Translations under genes and position numbers: made by a program
Shown here: positions 6,732-14,085 of the stretch, in pieces
Layout of the letters: each line of letters opens with the position of its first letter
How positions within the stretch are numbered: position 1 is the stretch's first letter
The notes under the pieces: model-generated
Told to the model about the DNA's origin: nothing
Databases searched by the model: none
What the model saw: only the letters and a program-made list of their open reading frames with translations
Virus record (IMG/VR): IMGVR_UViG_3300005260_000001
Coordinates: 1-44,560 of that record
Direction: 5' to 3' (one strand)
DNA: 44,560 nt
Source: a virus

Positions 6732-7057
6732 GCCGCCCTCCTAAGTCCACCCAGGCATTGCTCTATGGCGGCAAAGCCTTCATCGGTAATCCTAAGCCAG
6801 ACGCGGCGCGTATCGCCTTGCCCCGGAAAGCGGCGCACCCATCCTTTTTCGACAAGTACCTTGAGATAGCGAAGGCCCGTAGTCGTAGAGACCCCGGCGG
6901 CTAGGCACGTGGCAGAGATATCCACCTTGTGCATGGCTAGCCGCTGCTCGGCTAGATTAAGCAGGATCATCCAGCCATGGTCGCGCAGCTCGGGTGCAAC
7001 CATTGCGGCTCTGCGCCTTACGGCCAGTTCGTTGGCAAGGGTGGTGCGAATGTCCAT
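6728..7057 (-). CDS. Winged-helix (MarR-like) DNA-binding protein
   Basis: VSTTTGLRYLKVLVEKGWVRRFPGQGDTRRVWLRITDEG is a typical wHTH recognition helix plus wing. Confidence 0.5.
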   Translation of the reverse strand: MDIRTTLANELAVRRRAAMVAPELRDHGWMILLNLAEQRLAMHKVDISATCLAAGVSTTTGLRYLKVLVEKGWVRRFPGQGDTRRVWLRITDEGFAAIEQCLGGLRRAA

Positions 7058-7767
7058 CAGGCCCTCGCGATGTCCACCATCTGCTGAGCCGTTTCGCTGT
7101 CAAACTCGCCAACCATCTGCTCGGCAAGATTGAGTAGGCCCTTGAACTCCGGCGGCGCGGGGTCGCCACCGCGCAGATAGTGCGGGGAGTGTTTCTCCGC
7201 GATCTTGACGAACTCGCGCCATTCGTTTGTCGCGGTAAGGCCATAGACCATGTCGCTATCGCCACACCCGGCCAGCTCGCGTTCCAGACGCGCAAGTTCG
7301 CGGTGCAGTTTCGTCGGCGTCGAAAGCGGGCTGTCTGGCTCTCGCCAGCCTTTTGTGGTATCCGTTGCGGGGCCGCCCGAGGCCGACTGCGCCTCTTTGC
7401 TTTGTCCTCTGGCGGACCCTTGTTGATGAATGGCGTTCTCGACTTCATTGGCAGTCGCGAACTCCGTTCCACCAAGCCCGAATGCGGCAAGCGCGCGCCC
7501 GATTGCGGACGTTTCGGCATTCTCAAGCGCGCTTGTGCGATTGATCTGCGAGGCCTTTCGAAATTCCTCGGCATGGCCCGTCGCCAATACCCGCCCGGCA
7601 GCATCAGTGATCTGTGCGAGCATCACCACGCTTTCATCGGTGCGGTCGATCACGCTGGTGAGCAAGGAATGCTCTGGATGTTCCTCCCGGAACTTCTGTA
7701 CGCGAAGGGCGACCGTTTGGTACTCGCGCCCTCGAATGTTGACGATGCCCGACTGGACGTTCATCAT
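7057..7767 (-). CDS. ERF-like single-strand annealing protein (236 aa)
   Basis: AAAGGAA RBS before the internal ATG at 7767. REYQTVALRVQKFREEHP...AQITDAAGRVLATGHAEE...ENAETSAIGRALAAFGLG follows the P22 Erf pattern. Confidence 0.55.
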   Translation of the reverse strand: MMNVQSGIVNIRGREYQTVALRVQKFREEHPEHSLLTSVIDRTDESVVMLAQITDAAGRVLATGHAEEFRKASQINRTSALENAETSAIGRALAAFGLGGTEFATANEVENAIHQQGSARGQSKEAQSASGGPATDTTKGWREPDSPLSTPTKLHRELARLERELAGCGDSDMVYGLTATNEWREFVKIAEKHSPHYLRGGDPAPPEFKGLLNLAEQMVGEFDSETAQQMVDIARA

Positions 7768-7798
7768 TCCGTTCCTTTGGTTAGACTGGTGTTGGGGA

Positions 7799-7996
7799 TC
7801 ACGAGAGCCGCCATTTCGGAAAGCCTTTCGGCAGTAGCTCACATGCGCGAGCGCCAAGTCGGTGGACGGATCGGTCAGCAAGGGTGTAATATGCGCCTTC
7901 CCCGCCATTGCCGATTGCGCGACCTTCAACGACCAGCGATCGGCGGTTGGCGTCGACAAAGTCGGCGGCTTGCTGCTCTGGCGTTCTCGCCATCAC
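7799..7996 (-). CDS. Hypothetical protein (65 aa)
   Basis: ATGA overlap with the upstream gene. Confidence 0.4.
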   Translation of the reverse strand: MMARTPEQQAADFVDANRRSLVVEGRAIGNGGEGAYYTLADRSVHRLGARACELLPKGFPKWRLS

Positions 7997-8181
7997 CCCT
8001 TCTCCTCAATAAGACTGCGATCCCACTCTGCGTTCAGTTCGCTCCAACGAACTTCGCCCATGCGCTTGCGTGCGCTGGCGGCTTCCCGATTGAGCGTGAA
8101 GGTTGGTGCCCATTCAGGCATGGGATCGGGAACCACGGCACTCGTGCGGTTGCGCCATTTGTGCCTGTTGCGATTACTCAT
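7993..8181 (-). CDS. Hypothetical basic protein (62 aa)
   Basis: Start overlaps the upstream stop by 8 nt. Confidence 0.4.
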   Translation of the reverse strand: MSNRNRHKWRNRTSAVVPDPMPEWAPTFTLNREAASARKRMGEVRWSELNAEWDRSLIEEKG

Positions 8182-8425
8182 GATCCCGGTCCTTCCGTAG
8201 AATCTGGATGGCGGACAGGATGGCTCCCGCCGCCAGCAGCGCGCAAAGCAGGGCGAAGCCGTTCATCAATATCCAGCAGAACCAATACCAACCGAGCGGC
8301 AGCCAGTCGGCGAGTTCTGTCGAGCCAACCGCAAGGCCGATAAAACCGGCGGCGAATAGGATCGTAAAACACAAATTGCCGATTGCGGTTTCGCTGAAAT
8401 GGACTTGCCCGTTGTCGTTACCCAC
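8174..8425 (-). CDS. Small membrane protein (83 aa from GTG; alternative ATG at 8506)
   Basis: Hydrophobic helices (NLCFTILFAAGFIGLAV; WYWFCWILMNGFALLCALLAAGAILSAI). GTG at 8425 overlaps the upstream TAA (GTGGGTAA). Confidence 0.5.
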   Translation of the reverse strand: MGNDNGQVHFSETAIGNLCFTILFAAGFIGLAVGSTELADWLPLGWYWFCWILMNGFALLCALLAAGAILSAIQILRKDRDHE

Positions 8426-8570
8426 GACCGAATATCCTTTTCCAAAGCGAGGGGCGCTCGTACTCCATGGGTAAAATCTTGCCGTAGAAGTGCTGGCGAT
8501 CAGCATCGGTCATAGGGCGCTTGGGTAAGGTCCAGTTGTCTGGGCGGGAGCAGGTGAAGCGGGCGCTCAT
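8418..8570 (-). CDS. Hypothetical protein (50 aa)
   Basis: Internal ATG at 8570 is in an ATGA overlap with the upstream stop. Confidence 0.35.
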   Translation of the reverse strand: MSARFTCSRPDNWTLPKRPMTDADRQHFYGKILPMEYERPSLWKRIFGRG

Positions 8571-8929
8571 TGGGGCCTCCATTCTTCGCGAACCTCTGCA
8601 CCACGTCCTCTGAGGGTGCGTTTCCAGTTCCATCGTTCGAGAATTGCGGGCATGATCGGCCCAATCGGGCAGACAATCACAGGCGACAGCCCTGCTGTCG
8701 CCGCGCCTTCGATCAAGCGTTTGAGCGATCCACGCCGGGTTGAGCTAATCGCGACGATATGCAGTTCGTCGCCCTCAATCGCGAGAACCGGCCACGGCTC
8801 CCAATCTTCCGCATCGAGCCATGCAGGCTTGTTTCGCGGCCAGATTGGGGTCCGGCCTTCGGCGGCCTCTGCTTCAAGCATAAGTGCCCCCATCGTTGAA
8901 AGACGAGGCAAGTGGGCCAAGCCGATCAT
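8567..8929 (-). CDS. Hypothetical protein (120 aa)
   Basis: ATG at 8929 is in an ATGA overlap with the upstream stop. An alternative ATG lies at 8950. Confidence 0.5.
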   Translation of the reverse strand: MIGLAHLPRLSTMGALMLEAEAAEGRTPIWPRNKPAWLDAEDWEPWPVLAIEGDELHIVAISSTRRGSLKRLIEGAATAGLSPVIVCPIGPIMPAILERWNWKRTLRGRGAEVREEWRPQ

Positions 8930-9183
8930 CTCACAATCTCCTTCGGACACTGATCCAACTTCTCCACCTCACAGGTATGCACACCCACAATGCATCGTAT
9001 CGCCACCTCAAGGATCAGAGCGGCAATGATGAGCCAAGAGCCAGCCATGCAGAGCTTCCTCCCGAAGCCCCTCCCGCCCGCGTTCCTAACAACACGGGAC
9101 GAGAGGGACTGTGGGGACACCGAAGCGGACGATCTGGCGTGCTCCTGAGTAGGCCAGCTCCGGTGGGGGAATTTGGCGGTCAT
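8926..9183 (-). CDS. Hypothetical protein with C-terminal TM helix (85 aa)
   Basis: ATGA overlap with the upstream gene. Hydrophobic segment MAGSWLIIAALILEVAI. Confidence 0.4.
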   Translation of the reverse strand: MTAKFPHRSWPTQEHARSSASVSPQSLSSRVVRNAGGRGFGRKLCMAGSWLIIAALILEVAIRCIVGVHTCEVEKLDQCPKEIVR

Positions 9184-9539
9184 GACGGGGTGCCCCGGCG
9201 GGCGAGGGCCGCATTGATTTGCCCAAGGATTATTGGGCAGTTATGCTGCGCCGTTTCCAAGATCGCGGGTATTGGAAGCGCTTGGACCCGCTGTATGACG
9301 TTGACCATGTCGAGGAATGCTTGAGCGCAGCCCTTGGCATTTTCGAGTACCCCCACCAGCTCAGCTTGGCTATCGATGCGGTGGCGGGTGAAGGCTTGGA
9401 TCGCGGGGTGCCCATCGCTTGGCAAGCCAACCGCAAAGCCGCGCACCTTGTGCATGAACACAACTGCAGCCTCGCGATCCTGTTGCGTCACCGGCAGCAG
9501 TTCTGCTTTGGTATCAGGGTTCGTTCGCTCCGACATCAT
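9180..9539 (-). CDS. Hypothetical protein (119 aa)
   Basis: ATG at 9539 is in an ATGA overlap with the tnpB stop. Protein-like sequence ...LPVTQQDREAAVVFMHKV...GHPAIQAFTRHRIDSQ... Confidence 0.5.
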   Translation of the reverse strand: MMSERTNPDTKAELLPVTQQDREAAVVFMHKVRGFAVGLPSDGHPAIQAFTRHRIDSQAELVGVLENAKGCAQAFLDMVNVIQRVQALPIPAILETAQHNCPIILGQINAALARRGTPS

Positions 9540-10642
9540 GCCGCCGCCTTTCTCGGAGAAACCGGCGCAACCGCCAGCTTGGCCTCCGCAGGACCACGAA
9601 CGGCCCTGAACAGGATTACTTGTGCCGCCGCCACGTCCCGATCGGCCTTGAAGCCGCAGGGGCACGAATGAACGCGCTCCGACAGTTTCTTCGGTTCGAC
9701 CAGGCCGCAGCTTGGGCAGGTTTGAGAGGTGCCGCGAGGATCGACCTTCACCACCTGACAGCCGGCGCTTTCAGCCTTGTCGGTCAGGATTTGAAGAAAG
9801 CCGCCCCATGCAGCGTCGTTTACGTCACGAGCGAGACGCGAACGCGCCAAGCCTTTGATGTTCAAGTCCTCGACCGCGATCAGCCCGAACTTGCGGGTGA
9901 GATCGGAAGCGACCTGAAAATGGAACGTGCGCCGACTGCGCCTGATTTTGGCGTGAGTGGCCGCTACTTGCTGCCGCGCTTTGCTCCGGCGCTTCGATCC
10001 GCGCTTGCACCGAGATAGCGCCCGCTGGCGACGGCGGAGTTCCTTCTGGGCTTTTCGTGCATGGCGCGGATTTGGTATCAGCGTGCCATCTGACAGTGCC
10101 GCGAAGCTCGAAAGGCCAAGGTCCAGCCCGATCGCTTCGGCATTGTCGTTTGCGGCCCCTTCAACCTCGCAAACGAGCGAAAGATACCAGTGCCGTCCCT
10201 CGCGCTTGATGCGGCAGGAAACGGGCTTACTCGGTAACTGACGGTGCTGGTGAACGCGGATCGATCCGATGCCCTTCGCATGGAAGCGACCGTCGAAGCG
10301 AAAGCCGTCAGCCTGCGGCCATGAGAGGCTTTTGAACCATTCGCGACCCTTGAAGCGAGGGAAGCCGCCGCGCCGGAAGAACGCCTTGTAGGCGTGGTCG
10401 ACTTGGCGCAGCGTCCCCCGCTGCATTACTGCGGGGTAATTTGCGAAAACTGGGTCAGTCCTCAGTTCGGTCAACGCACGACATTGGTCCATGAAGGACC
10501 GCCCGCGCCCGGTCTTGCGGTAGCATTCAATCCGTTCGGCCAGCGCCGCGTTATAGAGTTCGCGGCAATGTTCCAGGGCTTCGCGCAAGCGGTTGTGCTG
10601 CACGCGCGTTGGCTTAAGCCGAAAGCGATAGGAGCGTATCAT
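9536..10642 (-). CDS. tnpB: TnpB (IS200/IS605-family OrfB, RuvC-type RNA-guided endonuclease)
   Basis: 368 aa. N-terminus MIRSYRFRLKPTRVQ..., RuvC-I IGLDLGLSSF, RuvC-II LIAVEDLNIKGL, Zn finger CPSCG...CPCG, RuvC-III ADRDVAAAQ. All catalytic acidic residues are present. Confidence 0.9.
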   Translation of the reverse strand: MIRSYRFRLKPTRVQHNRLREALEHCRELYNAALAERIECYRKTGRGRSFMDQCRALTELRTDPVFANYPAVMQRGTLRQVDHAYKAFFRRGGFPRFKGREWFKSLSWPQADGFRFDGRFHAKGIGSIRVHQHRQLPSKPVSCRIKREGRHWYLSLVCEVEGAANDNAEAIGLDLGLSSFAALSDGTLIPNPRHARKAQKELRRRQRALSRCKRGSKRRSKARQQVAATHAKIRRSRRTFHFQVASDLTRKFGLIAVEDLNIKGLARSRLARDVNDAAWGGFLQILTDKAESAGCQVVKVDPRGTSQTCPSCGLVEPKKLSERVHSCPCGFKADRDVAAAQVILFRAVRGPAEAKLAVAPVSPRKAAA

Positions 10643-10682
10643 TCCCCCGCCTCCCGAGCATATGCCCGAGCGCGGAGGGCGG
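9536..10682 (-). mobile_element. tnpB-only IS605-family element or domesticated remnant (ends not determinable)
   Basis: No tnpA anywhere in the window. A GC-rich imperfect inverted repeat (10647..10682) lies just 5' of the tnpB ATG. The right end and omega-RNA region must overlap the tnpB 3' end and the start of the next gene. Confidence 0.35.
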
Positions 10683-11121
10683 CTGCGTCATCGTCAAGGC
10701 CCCCGCCGTCTCGCATCGCAACGCCGTGAAGGCTGCGGATCGCGCTTTCGATCATTCCTCGAAGGAACGGGATTTGCCCCAGCCTATTCGCGGGCAGCAT
10801 CGGGATGGCCCATCTTTGCAGCATATCCGCGGTGGCGCTTAATCCTTGCGGCGAAAGGTCAAGTTGGCGGTCTTCGTCGTCAGCGACCGACTTGCAGTAT
10901 TCCGCATAGGACGCCTCGCCTTCTGGGCACTCAGGTGCTTCCCAAGTGTCGATCACGTCGGGCGGCAAGCCGGGGTCTTCGCCCCATCCCGGGTGCCAAT
11001 TTGAGCGGATACTTTGCGCAGTGGCTGCATCGCCACCTTGCTCGACAAATCGAGCCATCATCTCGCGGCAGGCTTGCGCGCCACGAGCGAAATCGTCGTC
11101 TGCATAGTCAGCCTCGCTCAT
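10639..11121 (-). CDS. Hypothetical acidic protein (160 aa)
   Basis: GGAGG RBS 7 nt before the internal ATG at 11121. Its stop overlaps the tnpB ATG (ATGA). Confidence 0.55.
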   Translation of the reverse strand: MSEADYADDDFARGAQACREMMARFVEQGGDAATAQSIRSNWHPGWGEDPGLPPDVIDTWEAPECPEGEASYAEYCKSVADDEDRQLDLSPQGLSATADMLQRWAIPMLPANRLGQIPFLRGMIESAIRSLHGVAMRDGGGLDDDAAALRARAYAREAGE

Positions 11122-11324
11122 TGGATTACCTCCAAAACCGTGAGAATTGAGCGCGCTGCACCAAGAGCCGCTTCTTCGTCGTTCTGTTGAGCGGGGGCGC
11201 CACGGGCGTGCGCATAGGCACGGAGGTTGATCGCTAAGCGCTCGACCTTCGCCACCTCCCGGCTCGGCCCATCCAGCGCTTCGACAGGCGAGGCGAGGGA
11301 GAGGAGTTCTTTGTTGGGGGTCAT
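11118..11324 (-). CDS. Hypothetical protein (68 aa)
   Basis: ATGA overlaps at both ends. Confidence 0.45.
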   Translation of the reverse strand: MTPNKELLSLASPVEALDGPSREVAKVERLAINLRAYAHARGAPAQQNDEEAALGAARSILTVLEVIQ

Positions 11325-11656
11325 GATGCAGCCTCGTCGGTCGGCGAAAGGGTCTGAACAATTTCAGCCAGACCGTCCGTTTCTTCGTCGAAGCGGGTCG
11401 GCCTCCAAGCGACTGGAACGCCACGACCTGCCGTGAAGTGATCGTGCGACCAGCACCAGCCGGCGAGAAACCATTCGTCCTCACCGGTATCGTCGAATCC
11501 GTTGAACCCGATTGTGACGCCGTAGCGGGCTGTATCTTGCAGCGCGTGGTCCGCGTCCTCGCCCGAATAGTCCACGATCAGTTCGAGCATACGATGATCG
11601 CGTGGTGCGGAATCGATCGCCGCCCACTTCCCCATGCTCTCTGGATTGGTGGTCAT
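11321..11656 (-). CDS. DUF551-like protein (111 aa)
   Basis: ATG at 11656 is in an ATGA overlap. W..IDSAPRDHRMLELIVDY...WFLAGWCW is a paralogue of the C-terminus of gene 4932..5624. Confidence 0.55.
   Translation of the reverse strand: MTTNPESMGKWAAIDSAPRDHRMLELIVDYSGEDADHALQDTARYGVTIGFNGFDDTGEDEWFLAGWCWSHDHFTAGRGVPVAWRPTRFDEETDGLAEIVQTLSPTDEAAS
11359..11609. repeat. Internal direct repeat, copy B (about 251 bp)
   Basis: Same orientation as copy A, offset 6,368 bp. Confidence 0.85.
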
Positions 11657-12309
11657 GGCTGACCCTTTCCGGATGCGTCGATATTGCCGTGATTTACATC
11701 GAACGTGATGGCGACGATCCAGGGGTTGTCGTTCCAGCGCTCGCCGTGCTTGGTGTGGAGGCTGTCCCACAATACCGAGAAGCAGATGCTGGCGGGGTGC
11801 TTGTCGCGCCAGAACTCAGTCGTCTCTATGCCCTCTGCGCGTGCATCTTCTTCGCTAATTTCCTGCACCCGCTGTACCCGCACATCGGTGACGGCGAGCC
11901 ACAGCCGTGAGGCCCAGCGGGGCATGTGGATGGAGGGCTTGTAGGACGGCCAGGTTACGACGGGCCGCTTGCCCTTCGCGTCAATCGCCGATGCTACGGG
12001 CCATTGTTCGACAAACTCGGTATGGCTGGCGTTCTGGTGGGCCTGATAGCCAACCTCGACAACGTCTGAGTAGATGCCTCGGACGGAGTATGCCTCGCGC
12101 ACATAGAGCCGATCGCCGGGAGCGTAGTGGTGCGCCGTCTGGAGCCATTCGGCGTTGCCTGGATCGAGAATATAACTATCATCGAACCCAGCATTGAGCA
12201 GACAGCGGGCCACTTCATTGCGCCCGGAAATCAACCGCCGCGTTTGCGTCTTGCGCCCGTCCAGCAGCGCGCGAACCATCGGTGCTGAGAAGATGACGCC
12301 CTTATCCAT
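11653..12309 (-). CDS. ASCH/PUA-like domain protein
   Basis: N-terminus VIFSAPMVRALLDGRKTQTRR resembles the ASCH motif (..G.KT.E.R). Confidence 0.5.
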   Translation of the reverse strand: MDKGVIFSAPMVRALLDGRKTQTRRLISGRNEVARCLLNAGFDDSYILDPGNAEWLQTAHHYAPGDRLYVREAYSVRGIYSDVVEVGYQAHQNASHTEFVEQWPVASAIDAKGKRPVVTWPSYKPSIHMPRWASRLWLAVTDVRVQRVQEISEEDARAEGIETTEFWRDKHPASICFSVLWDSLHTKHGERWNDNPWIVAITFDVNHGNIDASGKGQP

Positions 12310-12607
12310 GGCTCACCCCCATCGGAAAGAACCGACGATCAGCATTCCAATCGCGATCACCTTCATCGGTCAGCGGGTATCCCTCGGGGTCAAGCCGCAG
12401 CTCGAACATCAGGTCATTGCGCACACGCACCAGATCGTCCGCATCGGGCCACACCCGACATGCAGCATCTATGGCGCGCAGTTCGCTCCAGTCATCACGT
12501 GGACGTTCAGCCCAATCGGCAAGTTCCTTGGCAAGCCGCATGATCGCAGCAGCCCGTATTGCCGAACGGGTATCCACGGGGGGGTGGAGTTGGGTGAGGG
12601 CGTTCAT
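12302..12607 (-). CDS. Hypothetical protein (101 aa)
   Basis: ATGA overlap with the upstream gene. Confidence 0.5.
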   Translation of the reverse strand: MNALTQLHPPVDTRSAIRAAAIMRLAKELADWAERPRDDWSELRAIDAACRVWPDADDLVRVRNDLMFELRLDPEGYPLTDEGDRDWNADRRFFPMGVSHG

Positions 12608-13029
12608 TGAACAGCCCCCTCGATTGCTTTCGAGGTGCTAGCGTAAACTCGCTTACGAAGCGGCGCGCACCAAAGTCGCAGGGCCGCAGCCGCGAGCGCC
12701 AACGGGATACATTGATTGGTCCCGTCAAAGCGTTCTTGAGCCGCCGCGTTAAATGGGCTGGCTCCGTACACAGAAACAGAGTCATCCGTATATTTACGCC
12801 AAATCGCAGGGGGCACCAGCAATGCGATAGCGGCGTCCATGTAGGCGCCAGCGTCGATGAACGACGAAACTTCATGGAGGTGCACTTCGCTAGCGCAGCC
12901 TTCCTTGGCCACCGCCCAAAGCAGATCAGGAGCATAATCCCCGCTCCCCTTTTCGCAAAGGACGATGAGTCCTTCCATGCGACCCAGTGCGGCGGCGGCT
13001 TCGGCCAATTGCGTTTTGCGGGATGCCAT
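12604..13029 (-). CDS. First gene of the leftward early operon, hypothetical (141 aa)
   Basis: GGAGGTG RBS 4 nt before the ATG at 13029. Operator and promoter motifs lie immediately upstream. Confidence 0.6.
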   Translation of the reverse strand: MASRKTQLAEAAAALGRMEGLIVLCEKGSGDYAPDLLWAVAKEGCASEVHLHEVSSFIDAGAYMDAAIALLVPPAIWRKYTDDSVSVYGASPFNAAAQERFDGTNQCIPLALAAAALRLWCAPLRKRVYASTSKAIEGAVQ

Positions 13030-13062
13030 CTATCACCTCCATCGGCCTGTGCCGTTGGAAGC

Positions 13063-13091
13063 GTTATGCAACAATCTGTTGCATGGAGCAA
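13063..13091 (-). promoter_or_regulatory. Candidate leftward early promoter (PL-like)
   Basis: Minus strand reads TTGCTC - 17 nt - CATAAC. The 17-nt spacer is almost entirely the operator palindrome 13067..13083. Confidence 0.35.
13067..13083. promoter_or_regulatory. Operator palindrome TGCAACA-ATC-TGTTGCA (OL site 1)
   Basis: Perfect 7+3+7 inverted repeat. Related copies lie at 13101..13117 and 14061..14077. Confidence 0.6.
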
Positions 13092-13100
13092 GCGGAAAAA

Positions 13101-13117
13101 TGCAACAATCCGTTGCC
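13101..13117. promoter_or_regulatory. Operator-like site TGCAACA-ATC-CGTTGCC (OL site 2)
   Basis: The left half is identical to site 1. The right half has 2 mismatches. It lies 34 bp from site 1. Confidence 0.5.
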
Positions 13118-13168
13118 GAGCGGTTAGCCCGTTGGTTTCAAACCGTTTTAAATTGTGGGCAACCTAGA

Positions 13169-13642
13169 TTAGGGTGAGGGAGGCGCGGCCTCGTCTGGCA
13201 GGTATTTGATCACCGCCATCTGGGTTATTGTCTTGCTGCCACCCATAGCGAAAATTCCCCAGAAACCGCTGCCTCCGGTTGACCCAGCTTCATCCTGTGA
13301 GCGCAGGATCACCGCATCGCCGCCAGCTTCCTTGACCTTGGAGGCGACCTTTGGGCTACCAACCGCGTGGCCGCCGTCCCATGTTTCATCGCGCTTGTCC
13401 GAAATCAGGCCGATCACCTGATAGCGCCGGGGCGGCGTTCCGCTCGTCCAGTAGTCGATCCCATGCTTGGTGATTTTCGTCCCGCCGGTCCCCGTTTCGA
13501 TGACCGCTGGGCCTTCATATCCCGAGTAGGTGGTTTTGGCCTGAGCGAGCGCATGGGTCGGCAGGACAATGGCCACCAGCGCGAATGCGGCGATCAGCCC
13601 GAGACAGCCCGGATTGTTTTTCGGGCGCGGCGTTATGGCCAT
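13169..13642 (-). CDS. Secreted protein co-transcribed with the repressor (candidate exclusion or conversion factor)
   Basis: GAGGGGGAAG RBS. Signal peptide ...LIAAFALVAIVLPTHALAQA. Starts 14 bp downstream of the cI-like stop on the same strand. Confidence 0.6.
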   Translation of the reverse strand: MAITPRPKNNPGCLGLIAAFALVAIVLPTHALAQAKTTYSGYEGPAVIETGTGGTKITKHGIDYWTSGTPPRRYQVIGLISDKRDETWDGGHAVGSPKVASKVKEAGGDAVILRSQDEAGSTGGSGFWGIFAMGGSKTITQMAVIKYLPDEAAPPSP

Positions 13643-13655
13643 GTCACTTCCCCCT

Positions 13656-14033
13656 CTAAGCGGCGTCTGTCCCCGTCCTCTTTTTCACGACCACCTTAGC
13701 CAAGTCGGCGATTTGCTGGCGTTCGGTCATGCTGGCGCTCGACCACATATCGATCACGTCGGCGCTCAATTCCTCGGGGCTGTGATCCAGCAACATGCCG
13801 GGCGTAGTACCTAGGACCGGGGCGAGCTTGCGGAGCCACTTTGCGGAAAGCTGCGTTCGCCCCCGCTCAAGGTAGCCGATTACCTGGTGCGTTGTGCCCG
13901 CCAGTTCGGCCAGCTCGGCCTGAGACAACCCACGGTGTTCCCGCCATGCGCGCAGGTAATTGGGGCCACCGTTGGAATCATCCTCGTTCACTGCATCATT
14001 ATGCCGCCAAGCGATTTTTCCACCGAGCGGCAT
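13656..14033 (-). CDS. cI: CI-like repressor (XRE-family HTH)
   Basis: HTH motif GLSQAELAELAGTTHQVIGYLERGR. Divergent from the Cro-like gene across a 52-bp operator-containing spacer. Confidence 0.8.
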   Translation of the reverse strand: MPLGGKIAWRHNDAVNEDDSNGGPNYLRAWREHRGLSQAELAELAGTTHQVIGYLERGRTQLSAKWLRKLAPVLGTTPGMLLDHSPEELSADVIDMWSSASMTERQQIADLAKVVVKKRTGTDAA

Positions 14034-14050
14034 AACGTTGCAATTGGGGC

Positions 14051-14079
14051 TTGCTTTAATTGCAACAATCTGTTGTATT
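14051..14079 (+). promoter_or_regulatory. Candidate rightward early promoter (PR-like)
   Basis: TTGCTT (14051..14056) - 17 nt - TGTATT (14074..14079). The operator 14061..14077 overlaps the spacer and -10 element. The predicted start site falls at or near the cro ATG. Confidence 0.35.
14061..14077. promoter_or_regulatory. Operator palindrome TGCAACA-ATC-TGTTGTA (OR site)
   Basis: One mismatch to the perfect OL palindrome. An extra GTTGCA half-site lies at 14037..14042. Confidence 0.55.
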
Positions 14080-14085
14080 GCGGTT

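Noticed and set aside
7180-8343. Very long antisense ORFs: 387 aa at 7180..8343 (+), 279 aa at 25790..26629 (-), 250 aa at 14097..14849 (-), 314 aa at 28790..29734 (-), 303 aa at 34683..35594 (-), 276 aa at 27807..28637 (-)
   Set aside because: They have the Arg/Ala/Gly/Pro-rich low-complexity composition typical of shadow frames in GC-rich DNA. Each overlaps genes with recognisable families or operon logic on the other strand. None has an RBS.
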